A stretch of DNA of 64,000 nucleotides from the sequence record PP496438.1; one strand, written 5' to 3'. The stretch's first letter is position 1, and each line of letters begins with the position of its first letter. The position numbers and the translations under genes are program-made. Below are positions 1 through 8,763 of this stretch, piece after piece. The notes beneath the pieces are model-generated. The model did not search any database. It saw nothing but the letters and a program-made list of their open reading frames with translations, and was not told the DNA's origin.

Positions 1-502
1 GCGCGCCGTAGAAGTACACACGAATGCGGAACGGGTTGTACGAAGCAGTCTGCTTGGTGATACGGTCAATGATCACCGAGATGTTCGACGACCATACACC
101 TGGGCTCGATGCGTAGATCAAACCAGCATCATCCGCAGTGAACGGATACGACTCTGGGTCGTCCAGGTCTTGGCTCGGAACGCGAACGTCCTGATCCGAA
201 GTGGAGACCGGGATGATCAAGCCGCCAGCCAGCGTCTGTGAACCGGCGCGGATTACCCACAGCTTGTTGGAAGCCTGAAGGAATGTCGCGGCGGAATACA
301 TGGCCAGGTCGGCACCAATACGGATACTGGAGTTCTCCGTATAACTTTGAATCAGATCCTGCTCGGAAGTCGTCAACTTCGCTTCTTCCTGCGACCCTCG
401 CGGGGCACCTGGAAGTACGATTGCGCCGTAAACGCCCGGCGAACTCGCAACCGAAGTCGCGAGATTGATTTCCGAGAGGGTTACCTTTGCTGCACCACTC
501 AT
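1..502 (-). CDS. Contractile tail sheath protein, N-terminal 167 aa (runs off the left edge; absent from ORF track)
   Basis: Manual translation from ATG at 502 (RBS GAGGG): MSGAAKVTLSEINLATSVASSPGVYGAIVLPGAPRGSQEEAKLTTSEQDLIQSY...YSAATFLQASNKLWVIRAG. This matches the T4 gp18-type N-terminal pattern (V.l.E....T.v ... A..fl.....l.vvR). Confidence 0.8.
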   Translation of the reverse strand, partial: MSGAAKVTLSEINLATSVASSPGVYGAIVLPGAPRGSQEEAKLTTSEQDLIQSYTENSSIRIGADLAMYSAATFLQASNKLWVIRAGSQTLAGGLIIPVSTSDQDVRVPSQDLDDPESYPFTADDAGLIYASSPGVWSSNISVIIDRITKQTASYNPFRIRVYFYGA

Positions 503-523
503 AGTGATTCCCTCGATGGAGTG

Positions 524-712
524 TTAAGCCTGAACTTGTTCAGTAACCTTGCCCGGCAACGGGTAGGTCAACTGATCACGATCCAGACGTTTCAGGACGC
601 CGAGCGGCGGCAGGGTAACGGAATCTTTTCCCTCTGGACCATAGGCCAGCTGGATGGGGTGCTTCGCCGTCGAATACAGATTGACGTAAACTTTTTCTTG
701 ATCAGACATCAC
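524..712 (-). CDS. Small hypothetical protein (62 aa) in virion operon
   Basis: Tightly packed between the sheath gene and the 228-aa gene, same strand, RBS GGAG. Confidence 0.6.
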   Translation of the reverse strand: MMSDQEKVYVNLYSTAKHPIQLAYGPEGKDSVTLPPLGVLKRLDRDQLTYPLPGKVTEQVQA

Positions 713-727
713 ATCGTCTCCTAACCG

Positions 728-1414
728 TTATGGCGTCGGGGTCAGATCTATTTCCTTGCGGAACAGTACCTCGCCCTTACCGTTTTCACCTTCATCAAGC
801 TGGGCAACGAAGATAATCTTCGAGCTGTTCTTGAGCTTCGTGTCGTACTTGCCCCCATCACTGGAGACATAACCGTGGACAGTGATGTCTACGTTGAACA
901 CGAACGCCGATACGTCCTGACCCGCCTTCGACTTGGGAGGCAATGTCAGGTCACCGCCGACTTGAGACTCAATCGTGAACGGGATACCTCGGTACTCCAG
1001 CGTGAAATCCAGCAGGCTTAAATGCTGCATGAACTTCGCGTCACTGATGAACTTTAGCGCCTTCAGGTAATCGTCGGTAGCGAACTCCAGAACCATACCC
1101 ATTGTAACCGGGATGATACTGATTGCGTACTCTCGATCCCCCTCGTTGATGGCAAAGCGATTAACAATCCCTCGCGCTGTCACATTGGGGCGGTGTCGAT
1201 TGGAATCACCTACGGTGCCGTAAGTCAGATAAGCGAAAGGGAACGTGGGTGCCTTTTCCTTTTTCTGAACGAACACATCGTAAGCTTCTTCCCGCGTTCG
1301 AATCATGACGCTGCCTTTAGCTAGGTCCAGCCCTTCTTCGACACGACGGCATACACCCGCCAAGACGAACACCTCGATGGGCTTGATCCTTGTACTTGCT
1401 GAAGACTTAGCCAT
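728..1414 (-). CDS. Putative tail terminator/completion or neck protein
   Basis: 228 aa with a beta-rich pattern (PFAYLTY ... FTIESQV ... FNVDITVHGYV), located between capsid and sheath. Function inferred from position. Confidence 0.45.
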   Translation of the reverse strand: MAKSSASTRIKPIEVFVLAGVCRRVEEGLDLAKGSVMIRTREEAYDVFVQKKEKAPTFPFAYLTYGTVGDSNRHRPNVTARGIVNRFAINEGDREYAISIIPVTMGMVLEFATDDYLKALKFISDAKFMQHLSLLDFTLEYRGIPFTIESQVGGDLTLPPKSKAGQDVSAFVFNVDITVHGYVSSDGGKYDTKLKNSSKIIFVAQLDEGENGKGEVLFRKEIDLTPTP

Positions 1415-1425
1415 TTTCTACCTCG

Positions 1426-1462
1426 AAAAAAGGGTGGGTGGGCGGTAACACCCACCCACCCT
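1426..1462 (-). terminator. Intrinsic terminator after major capsid gene
   Basis: 12-bp perfect stem AGGGTGGGTGGG/CCCACCCACCCT with an A6 tract on + (U tract on -). Confidence 0.8.
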
Positions 1463-1483
1463 ATATCACCTGACGTGCTGTGG

Positions 1484-2572
1484 TTACTGGCGGATAGCCT
1501 TAGTCACAGTGCGAGAGTTGATGATGGACATCGCGGTCAGCTGGCTCATGGTCCAACCACGACCTGGGAAGCGCTCGGTGGTCTCGTCGATAGGGCGAGC
1601 CTCGATGCCATCACGGTCGGAGTACACACCATGGTTCTCTGGCGAGGAAACCACGTACATCTCGCCACGGCCCAGCACCTTGTGCTGCGAATGACGGAAC
1701 TGGTCAGTGATCACTTCCAGGCCGTACACGTTGCCGATGTTGCCGGTTTGAATCAGCTCTTCGGCGTACGAGGTGGCGTTGAAAGTGTTGACCCAGCTTT
1801 CTTCGCTGATGATGTCGGTCAGGATGTCCGACGAGATCAACCAGAATGCCGCTGGCAGGCCCCACTGGGTGATGTTACTCACCATGTTGGCCAGAGCGCG
1901 GGTGGTCACTTGACCGGCGAGGATGGTCTGCTCGTTGGCTACGCCGACCGACGCATCGGCCAGACGTTTCCACAGGCGGTCTTCCGCAACCATGAACGCT
2001 TCCAGCGTGGAGATGTACGTACGGTCGAGCAGAGTGGCCGGGCCGCGAGCCAGGTCTTTCTGTTCGATGTACGGACGCGCTTGGAGGTAAAACTCTTGCG
2101 GGTAGTACACGTTGTCGCGAACCAGGTGGGTCGCAACTTGGGCAGGACCAGTCGAGAGGACCGCGACGGACTGCTTCATGTCCACGGTGACTTTCGGCTC
2201 TTGGCCTTGTTCCAGTTCCATGCGTTGCAGCAGACGACGTGCGAAGCCGTCACGGTTGCCGGTCACTTGCATCTCGGCGGCGAACACTTCGCCCAGTGCA
2301 ACCAGCTCTTCCTTGCTGGCGAATGCGGCTTCAACCATCTCACGCTTGCGAGCGGCAGCAGCCGAAGCAGTTTCAACCTGCTTCTCGGTGGTCAGCTGGT
2401 GGCCGCTCTTGGCCGCAGCTGCGAGGGTCTGGAGCATGCCGAACAGTTCTTTGTTCGAACTGGCGTTGAACTCGCCGTTCTGGCCAACCAGCTTACCGCC
2501 GCCTGCCATGGACAGTTCGGTGATGATGCTCGGACGGCTGACGGACAGCCCTTTAAGTTGCAATGCTTTCAT
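1484..2572 (-). CDS. Major capsid protein (putative HK97 fold)
   Basis: 362 aa with strongly biased high-expression codons. Follows the decoration and scaffold genes, is followed by a strong terminator, and lies upstream of the sheath. Confidence 0.7.
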   Translation of the reverse strand: MKALQLKGLSVSRPSIITELSMAGGGKLVGQNGEFNASSNKELFGMLQTLAAAAKSGHQLTTEKQVETASAAAARKREMVEAAFASKEELVALGEVFAAEMQVTGNRDGFARRLLQRMELEQGQEPKVTVDMKQSVAVLSTGPAQVATHLVRDNVYYPQEFYLQARPYIEQKDLARGPATLLDRTYISTLEAFMVAEDRLWKRLADASVGVANEQTILAGQVTTRALANMVSNITQWGLPAAFWLISSDILTDIISEESWVNTFNATSYAEELIQTGNIGNVYGLEVITDQFRHSQHKVLGRGEMYVVSSPENHGVYSDRDGIEARPIDETTERFPGRGWTMSQLTAMSIINSRTVTKAIRQ

Positions 2573-2635
2573 GAGGTTTTAATCCTGTGCAGGAAAATCA
2601 GAAGACCTTGTCTGTATTGATAAGGCTAACTAGCC

Positions 2636-3343
2636 TTACAGCAGGACCAGTTTCAGGAACGGATAGCCTTCATCCGGGCCTTTCAGAACAGCGACGCCTT
2701 GCAGCACGGTGCCGTTGCCACCGCTGGTGAACAGGCCGTTCGCGCCGAGGGTGACCACGGTCTCAGGGGACCAGTCAACGTTGGTGTCGAATTCGGAAGT
2801 CGCCAGCTCGCCTTTGGTGATGGCGGTGGTAATACCGAGGAAAGCAGCGGCGGTACGACCGGCAGACTGTTCGCCTTGCAGCGAGGCAGCTTCTACGACG
2901 GTCGGGGTGTAGCGATAGCCAGCCTGAATCGCTTGGTCTTTCTGTGCAGCGTTCAGCGTGACGGTCTTGCCGTCCGACGCGAGGCTGAACTTGCCAGCGG
3001 TGGCAGCATCACCAGCGGCCAGCGTGGTCTTCTGACCGTTGGCGGCGGTAGCTACCAGACGCAGCGAACCGGCGTCGGCGACAGCCTTGTCCAGCACAAG
3101 AGTAGTGCTGTTACGGTTGGCTTCGAAACCTTGCAGCTTCGGCAGGAAGTCCGGGAACTGGGTCTGGTTGATGTTGATGCCGAAGAAGCGCTCACCGGCA
3201 ACACCAGTGGAGGGCTTGACTGCCAACTCACCGTCAGCGCCGGTAGTGATAACCAGAGCGCAACCTTCGTTGGTCAATTCGATCCCTTCCGCCACTTGGA
3301 CAGGTTGGGATTCGCGCAGATGAACGACGTCGAAACTGAGCAT
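2636..3343 (-). CDS. Putative head decoration/capsid-associated protein
   Basis: 235 aa, Ala/Gly/Thr-rich and beta-rich, directly upstream of the capsid gene, high-expression codons. Confidence 0.45.
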   Translation of the reverse strand: MLSFDVVHLRESQPVQVAEGIELTNEGCALVITTGADGELAVKPSTGVAGERFFGININQTQFPDFLPKLQGFEANRNSTTLVLDKAVADAGSLRLVATAANGQKTTLAAGDAATAGKFSLASDGKTVTLNAAQKDQAIQAGYRYTPTVVEAASLQGEQSAGRTAAAFLGITTAITKGELATSEFDTNVDWSPETVVTLGANGLFTSGGNGTVLQGVAVLKGPDEGYPFLKLVLL

Positions 3344-3404
3344 GGTACGTTCCTCAAAGGAAGGATAGATAAAAACGGATGACTGTCTCGGGTTTAATCA
3401 ACCC

Positions 3405-4937
3405 TTAACTGATGCGGAACAGTCCGCCTTGAGCGAGTTCACGCACACGCGAGTTGCCCTTCTGAACAGGTTCATTCAGGAAGGATGCGGTGCTTACCTG
3501 GCGCAACGGGGTCTCGAGTTGGGTTTCCAGCTGCGCAGTAGAAGCCTGACGGCCAGTGCTGCGAGTCGAGGAACCTACCGGAGTAGTGGACGCGATGGTT
3601 TCCGCCAGATCATTCAGGCTGCTCGGATCACGGGCTGCCAGTGTCTGAGCCAGCGCGAGGACGTTTTGGTTATGTTCGTCTTCGGTTTCGGCCAAAGCGC
3701 TCTCAACCATGGCTTGCGCGTTCTGTACACCGGCGGTGGTCAGATCGGCAATCAGGCGTTCCTTCACTTTGTGTGGGGTGTTACGGAAGAACCCACGGGT
3801 CATACCAGCTGTCGCCAGCTGAAGGCCATGCAGCAGTCGTTCGGTCTGATCGCCAACGGTGTCGGCGACTTCGGCGGCAGCGACAGCCTTAGCCTTTTCT
3901 TGCACGAATGCCATCGCCATCGCGGCAGGGGCCTTGAAGCTGTTACGCTGGAAGCCGTAGCTAGCCAGAGTTGCGTCCAAGCCGTCCTTGTTGAACGTCT
4001 GGGCGATTGCTTCCATGTAAGCTGGCTCGCCGAAGATATCGGCGTTGGCGGTTTCTGCGGTCTTGTGCAGGACAGCCACGGTCTGATCGTTGACGTTAGC
4101 CAAGATCTTGCCGTTCAGCGGGATGAATTCAGCAGTCGCGTTTTCACTCAGGCCAACCGAGGACAGCGCTTCGAGAACGTCGATGTTCATATCTTCGGGC
4201 TCGTCACATTGGTCGGGGTTCTGCGTGGACTGGATGACTTCGGCTTCTTCAACCGGTTCGTCGTCCGACTCCTCTTCTTCTTCCTCGTCGTCAGCTTCGG
4301 CGGACGCAACCACCGGCTTCTGCTTCGGCATGATGATCATCGGATTGTCCTCGGCGGAAGCTTCTTCCTCCAAGTCCTCGTCAGACTCATTCGATTCGTC
4401 GTCTTCCAGTTCTTCGTCGTCGGCGCTGGTGTCGTCATCGCTTAGATCCGAATCGTCTTCCGACTCTTCTTCATCATCAGCGCTGGCTTCTTCGGCGGGT
4501 TGATCGCCGTCCCATGCCCAATCGGCGTTCGCGTCTTCTTCGTCGGTAGCAGTGGTATCATCCTCTGCACCAGCGAGAGTTACGCTGGGGTTCAGTACCA
4601 TCCCCGTACCGCATTCAACACAGCAGATCTCTACGTGGCCTTCTTTGTTCACTGGCATTTGCGCCAGCTCTTCATCGAACATCACGTTAGCCACGGTGCA
4701 CTGACGGCACTGCGCGCTGGTAAGGCTATCTTCTTCCGACTGGTTAAAGACGGAAGCAGTGATTGCCTCAGCACGCTGTTTCATGGCTGGACTGCCGCAG
4801 TGACCGCAGAACGGATCGCACCCCGCCAACGCTACCGTTTCCTCTTTGCAGTGACTGCACTGGTATGAAGCCAGTACAGCTTGCTTGAGGCTACGCATGG
4901 TTGGGGCGTGAGAAGCGATCATGGTGAGCTTCGGCAT
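3405..4937 (-). CDS. Putative prohead scaffold/core protein with N-terminal Zn ribbons and a long acidic linker
   Basis: Start moved to 4937 (MPKLT, RBS AGGAG). Four CxxC pairs (CSHC, CGHC, CRQC, CVEC), ~100 aa Asp/Glu-rich tract, helical C-terminus, upstream of the capsid genes. Confidence 0.5.
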   Translation of the reverse strand: MPKLTMIASHAPTMRSLKQAVLASYQCSHCKEETVALAGCDPFCGHCGSPAMKQRAEAITASVFNQSEEDSLTSAQCRQCTVANVMFDEELAQMPVNKEGHVEICCVECGTGMVLNPSVTLAGAEDDTTATDEEDANADWAWDGDQPAEEASADDEEESEDDSDLSDDDTSADDEELEDDESNESDEDLEEEASAEDNPMIIMPKQKPVVASAEADDEEEEEESDDEPVEEAEVIQSTQNPDQCDEPEDMNIDVLEALSSVGLSENATAEFIPLNGKILANVNDQTVAVLHKTAETANADIFGEPAYMEAIAQTFNKDGLDATLASYGFQRNSFKAPAAMAMAFVQEKAKAVAAAEVADTVGDQTERLLHGLQLATAGMTRGFFRNTPHKVKERLIADLTTAGVQNAQAMVESALAETEDEHNQNVLALAQTLAARDPSSLNDLAETIASTTPVGSSTRSTGRQASTAQLETQLETPLRQVSTASFLNEPVQKGNSRVRELAQGGLFRIS

Positions 4938-5264
4938 GCGAAGTGCTCCTCTTGCTGTCAATGGGCTGCTACATACTATAAGCATGAGCAGATCTTCGAG
5001 CAGGCCACCTCGACGGTCCCTGCTACGGTAAACTCGGATTCACCCCTCCACGCGTATATAACGTTTTGGGAACAATTCAAATTACATACGACCAGAGTGC
5101 CATGGTGTCCATACCTGCGTCAAAACGCCCGTTTGCCATCATGTCGGGATATGCCCAGCCATATGAGTGCTAAGTCATTGATTACCTTGACAATTTATTA
5201 GGGGGTATGTGGCCCCCTAATTCATGGAAATTAAGGTATTTTGGCTATATCTGCGTCAAAGTGC

Positions 5265-5293
5265 TTGACAAACGCTGCCGGGCACCGTATACT
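5265..5293 (+). promoter_or_regulatory. sigma70-type (early) promoter
   Basis: TTGACA (5265-5270), 17-nt spacer, TATACT (5288-5293). Confidence 0.8.
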
Positions 5294-5356
5294 TCACGGG
5301 CGGGCTACTATTCCAGCCCGCTACGTCCATGCCCACCGGGGCACCAAGGAACCAAC

Positions 5357-5833
5357 ATGAAGAGTATGATTCGCCGCAAAGATGGGTTTTACACGGAGTT
5401 GTTAGCCGGTGCAAAAGACCCTGTTGCCCTGTCCAAGACTGCATTCAACCGTGGACTGACCCGGATCGTTGCATCTATTACGAGCAGTGTGAAGCTGCGG
5501 TACGTAGTAGATTCCGAAACCGGTGATGCGGAATACCGGGTACGAGTGAAGTTCCAGAAAAGCCAATTGACCCGCAAGGGTACTCCGGCTATCAAGGTAG
5601 GAAGGGTACTGGTTCCCGTTGATCTCGACAGCATTGCAGTACATTGCACGTGTCAGGACTTTCGATTCACCTGGTACACCTATTTGAAGAACGCTGGGCA
5701 CGCTGCCGGTTGGTTCAAGCAGGTGGAGTTGAAAGGTTCTGGCCGTACTCGGGAAGCTGACCACGCAGGTTGCTGCAAGCACATCGCCGGTGTACTGGCA
5801 ATGGTTGAGCAGAACGTTATCGTCAAGCTGTGA
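5357..5833 (+). CDS. SWIM-type zinc-finger protein
   Basis: Start at 5357 (MKSMIRRK, RBS AAGGA, downstream of the promoter). Motif VHCTCQDF...GCCKHIAGVL fits CxC-xn-CxH. Confidence 0.7.
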   Translation: MKSMIRRKDGFYTELLAGAKDPVALSKTAFNRGLTRIVASITSSVKLRYVVDSETGDAEYRVRVKFQKSQLTRKGTPAIKVGRVLVPVDLDSIAVHCTCQDFRFTWYTYLKNAGHAAGWFKQVELKGSGRTREADHAGCCKHIAGVLAMVEQNVIVKL

Positions 5834-5868
5834 CCCAGATGCAGTGAGTAGTACATGATAGAGAAAAT

Positions 5869-5903
5869 AAAACCCCACCGGTTTGCGCCGTGTGGGGTTT
5901 TTT
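5869..5903. terminator. Bidirectional terminator between convergent genes
   Basis: AAAACCCCAC-13 nt-GTGGGGTTTTTT. Confidence 0.8.
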
Positions 5904-5920
5904 GTGTCTGCGATTCAATC

Positions 5921-8707
5921 TTAGGCAAAGTCTTTCTGTGCCAGCACCAGTGGGACGCCGACAGTATCCAGTGATATCTGGGTGAACTCCTTCAATTCTG
6001 ATCTGGTCAGCTTCCGGCTCAGCATCACCCCATCGTGCTCTTGTGCCACCACGATGTCTTTGTGTCGCATGTTGAACTCTATCATCACCGCTTGCTCCAT
6101 ACCGCAGGTGATGAAGTGCAGCAGCTTCGACTTCTCCTTTTGTGTCGTCCACCCATTTAGCATCTTGTCCGTATAGAAGAAGGCCACTGACCCCAGCGCA
6201 TTGCGAACGCTCACTGCGCTGGCGGTAGCATTGTCTGGATCAAGTCCAGCATCTTTGATTGATCTGGACAGCGACTTGTACAGGAAGTAGTTCTGCTTGG
6301 CGATCAGATCTCGATTGACCGGCAGCTTGACGTGTTCAGTTACCTTGTAGTCAGGGTGCGCAAGGATCATGCTGGGCAATGCCTGCATCGTCCTAATCAC
6401 GGGGAAGATCAACCGGTTGGTGGTGTAGATCAAAGCGATTGCCAGTTCCATCATCTTAATCTTGAGGGCTTGCACGTGGCTCTCATTCAACTCCAGTTCA
6501 ATCGGTGCAACCAGACCCCGGATCAGCTTGTCGATGGTGTCGGGCACCACGGAAGATTTCAGGATGGACTCATACGATGTCTTGAGGCTGGACCCGTACA
6601 TGACGGACAGGAACATCAGCTTGCAGACTCCGTCGATAACCCGGATGAACTCCTTCTCCTTGCGCCACGTTTGACCAGGCGTTTCCCCTGCGCTTTTCCA
6701 TACCTGATGCAGCGCCAGCCGATCATTCCGCCTTGACTCACTTCCAGACCACTTGGGTGATCCGTATACACCAGCTCTCCATGGGTTCCGTACCATGACC
6801 AGCGCCGACTCCAGCAAGCCCTTGAACCCAGAATCCTCCATCTCAGTCAGCACGTGCTCCGTCCACGTCTTGGATTCGTACATGCCGAAGATGGTCAACG
6901 CGCTATCCACATCCCGGTCCGTGAGGAACACCTTGCCGTATTCGTCTATCGTCTCGACCAGTTCCTTGCGATACTTCTTGATCAGTCCGCCGATCAGCAT
7001 AGGGTGGCAAGACTTGACGTCGTAGTTGACGTACCCACTCTTGGTGAGGATCACCTGCTTGAGTTGGTTGGGCAATGAGCCAAAACCCACCGGAGAGTTT
7101 ATCCGGGGCGAGCGCAAGGTGGTGAAGTGATGTGCACGGTGCATGACTACCTGGTTGTGGCGGTCGCTGCTCCCTTGCTGGCACCCCAAGTTCTCCGGGT
7201 TGATCATGCGGGCCAGCGTACGGAAGGCACCGGAGGATATAGCGTCACCCGAGGTGTGGTGCATCCAGCTCAGCTCCGCAAGCAGGTCGTTGACGGGTAA
7301 GCGCACGCTCTTGGTGGACAGCATGCGGATATAGGCCTTAACGTTGACCGGGACAACGGGCCGGGTCGAAAGGTTTATGTTGTCGCTGATCTCCTTGTAC
7401 GTCGGGTTGTTCACCACACAAGACTGAACCATTGAGACGCGACGTAACATCGTGCATGCCTTGATCGGCACCTTCTTGTCATGGAACATGTACAGCTTGC
7501 CCGGCTGGCCGGACAGATTGTCGTTCGCCACCAGCGACTCACCGTAGGGCAGCTGAGAACTGAATACCATGACCGCCTGCCCACGTTCGGCGAACGCGTA
7601 GATGGCATTAGGTAGTACTCGGTTGCTACCCTTCAGATTGGTCAGCCAGCGGCCCAGCGGTTTCACGTCACGAGGCCGGCCCATCAAACGCCCATGCAAG
7701 TAGGCGTCAACCTTATCCATGTACGAGTCAACGAACTGTGTGACCACGGGACCAGGTTCAAAGGTGAACGTCTTGTGCTTCCAGTAGTCTGCTTCCGTGG
7801 TCACAGCCATCAGCCCCATGCTCTCCAGCACAGCGCGCACGGTATCCCAGTGATACGTCATCTGACCTTTCTTCGATCCTTCGATGTTCCGCCAGTTGAT
7901 CAGGTTGTTGAACCGCTTTTCACCTTGATGCGAACCAAGACCATAACCTTCGCGCACCTGATCCTTCTTGATCGCGAACTGGGTATCGTGGCTGTGATCC
8001 AGGTCAATGTGTAGGAACCGGGACACAGACCGAGCGTGGTTCAGGTCCATGGGGAATGCCAGCTTGTTGGTCAGGTCCTTGGGGTTGAACGCAGGGTTCC
8101 ATTGAAAGCCGTCCTTCGAGGTTCCCTTGTGCACGGCGGACACCAGATGTCGGGCCATCGAGTCGCGGGAGTCGAAGTGGCCTTTGTCATTCACCTTGTC
8201 CAGCAGCATGGGATATGCCACGACAAGTCGGGCAATCAGGAAGGCGAAGCAGTAGGCGGCAGACGGGCCGGGCGCACAGTTGCGTTCCGCCATCTTCTGG
8301 AGGAACGTCTCATACTGATCAAGGATGAAATAGCCCAGACCGGGCGTGACCGCTACCGGCAGGCCAACGACGCGGCTGTCCAGCCAGCTCTTACCACTGG
8401 GGTACAGGTTGTGCTTGGGGTTCAACGAAGGTTCAACCACCATCATCCGCACATAGGGGATGTGGGCCTGCACCCATTCAACATTGGCTTGGTCTTTAGC
8501 TTCGGGGAAGTCACGGGTAGCTTCGCCCACCTTGGCAATGAGATCAGTATTGAAGCGCCCTACATCCTTGACCTCGGGGGCCAGTGCTGGGTTTAGTCGA
8601 GCAGTAGCCTTGATGATGGGTACTTGGTCATACACGGGATACAAGTCTAGGGGCTTGGACAGTATGCCTGCATACTCCTTTTCCGAGAGTGGGGTGTAAT
8701 CAGCCAT
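5921..8707 (-). CDS. 928-aa protein with C-terminal family-A/T7-like polymerase palm (TV-Pol-like); no proofreading exonuclease motifs seen
   Basis: Motif A-like RINSPVGFGSLPNQLKQVIL..GYVNYDVKSCHP; motif B-like CKLMFLSVMYG (K-x7-YG); motif C-like MEQAVM...VAQEHDGVML at the C-terminus. Confidence 0.55.
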   Translation of the reverse strand: MADYTPLSEKEYAGILSKPLDLYPVYDQVPIIKATARLNPALAPEVKDVGRFNTDLIAKVGEATRDFPEAKDQANVEWVQAHIPYVRMMVVEPSLNPKHNLYPSGKSWLDSRVVGLPVAVTPGLGYFILDQYETFLQKMAERNCAPGPSAAYCFAFLIARLVVAYPMLLDKVNDKGHFDSRDSMARHLVSAVHKGTSKDGFQWNPAFNPKDLTNKLAFPMDLNHARSVSRFLHIDLDHSHDTQFAIKKDQVREGYGLGSHQGEKRFNNLINWRNIEGSKKGQMTYHWDTVRAVLESMGLMAVTTEADYWKHKTFTFEPGPVVTQFVDSYMDKVDAYLHGRLMGRPRDVKPLGRWLTNLKGSNRVLPNAIYAFAERGQAVMVFSSQLPYGESLVANDNLSGQPGKLYMFHDKKVPIKACTMLRRVSMVQSCVVNNPTYKEISDNINLSTRPVVPVNVKAYIRMLSTKSVRLPVNDLLAELSWMHHTSGDAISSGAFRTLARMINPENLGCQQGSSDRHNQVVMHRAHHFTTLRSPRINSPVGFGSLPNQLKQVILTKSGYVNYDVKSCHPMLIGGLIKKYRKELVETIDEYGKVFLTDRDVDSALTIFGMYESKTWTEHVLTEMEDSGFKGLLESALVMVRNPWRAGVYGSPKWSGSESRRNDRLALHQVWKSAGETPGQTWRKEKEFIRVIDGVCKLMFLSVMYGSSLKTSYESILKSSVVPDTIDKLIRGLVAPIELELNESHVQALKIKMMELAIALIYTTNRLIFPVIRTMQALPSMILAHPDYKVTEHVKLPVNRDLIAKQNYFLYKSLSRSIKDAGLDPDNATASAVSVRNALGSVAFFYTDKMLNGWTTQKEKSKLLHFITCGMEQAVMIEFNMRHKDIVVAQEHDGVMLSRKLTRSELKEFTQISLDTVGVPLVLAQKDFA

Positions 8708-8757
8708 TGGATAGCTCGCGTATTACCGGAGTGAATGGAATTGGACGTTATCAGCCC

Positions 8758-8763
8758 ATTTAC
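8758..8763 (-). promoter_or_regulatory. GTAAAT putative phage-specific promoter element
   Basis: ATTTAC on +, 51 nt upstream of the 928-aa gene start. Confidence 0.55.
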
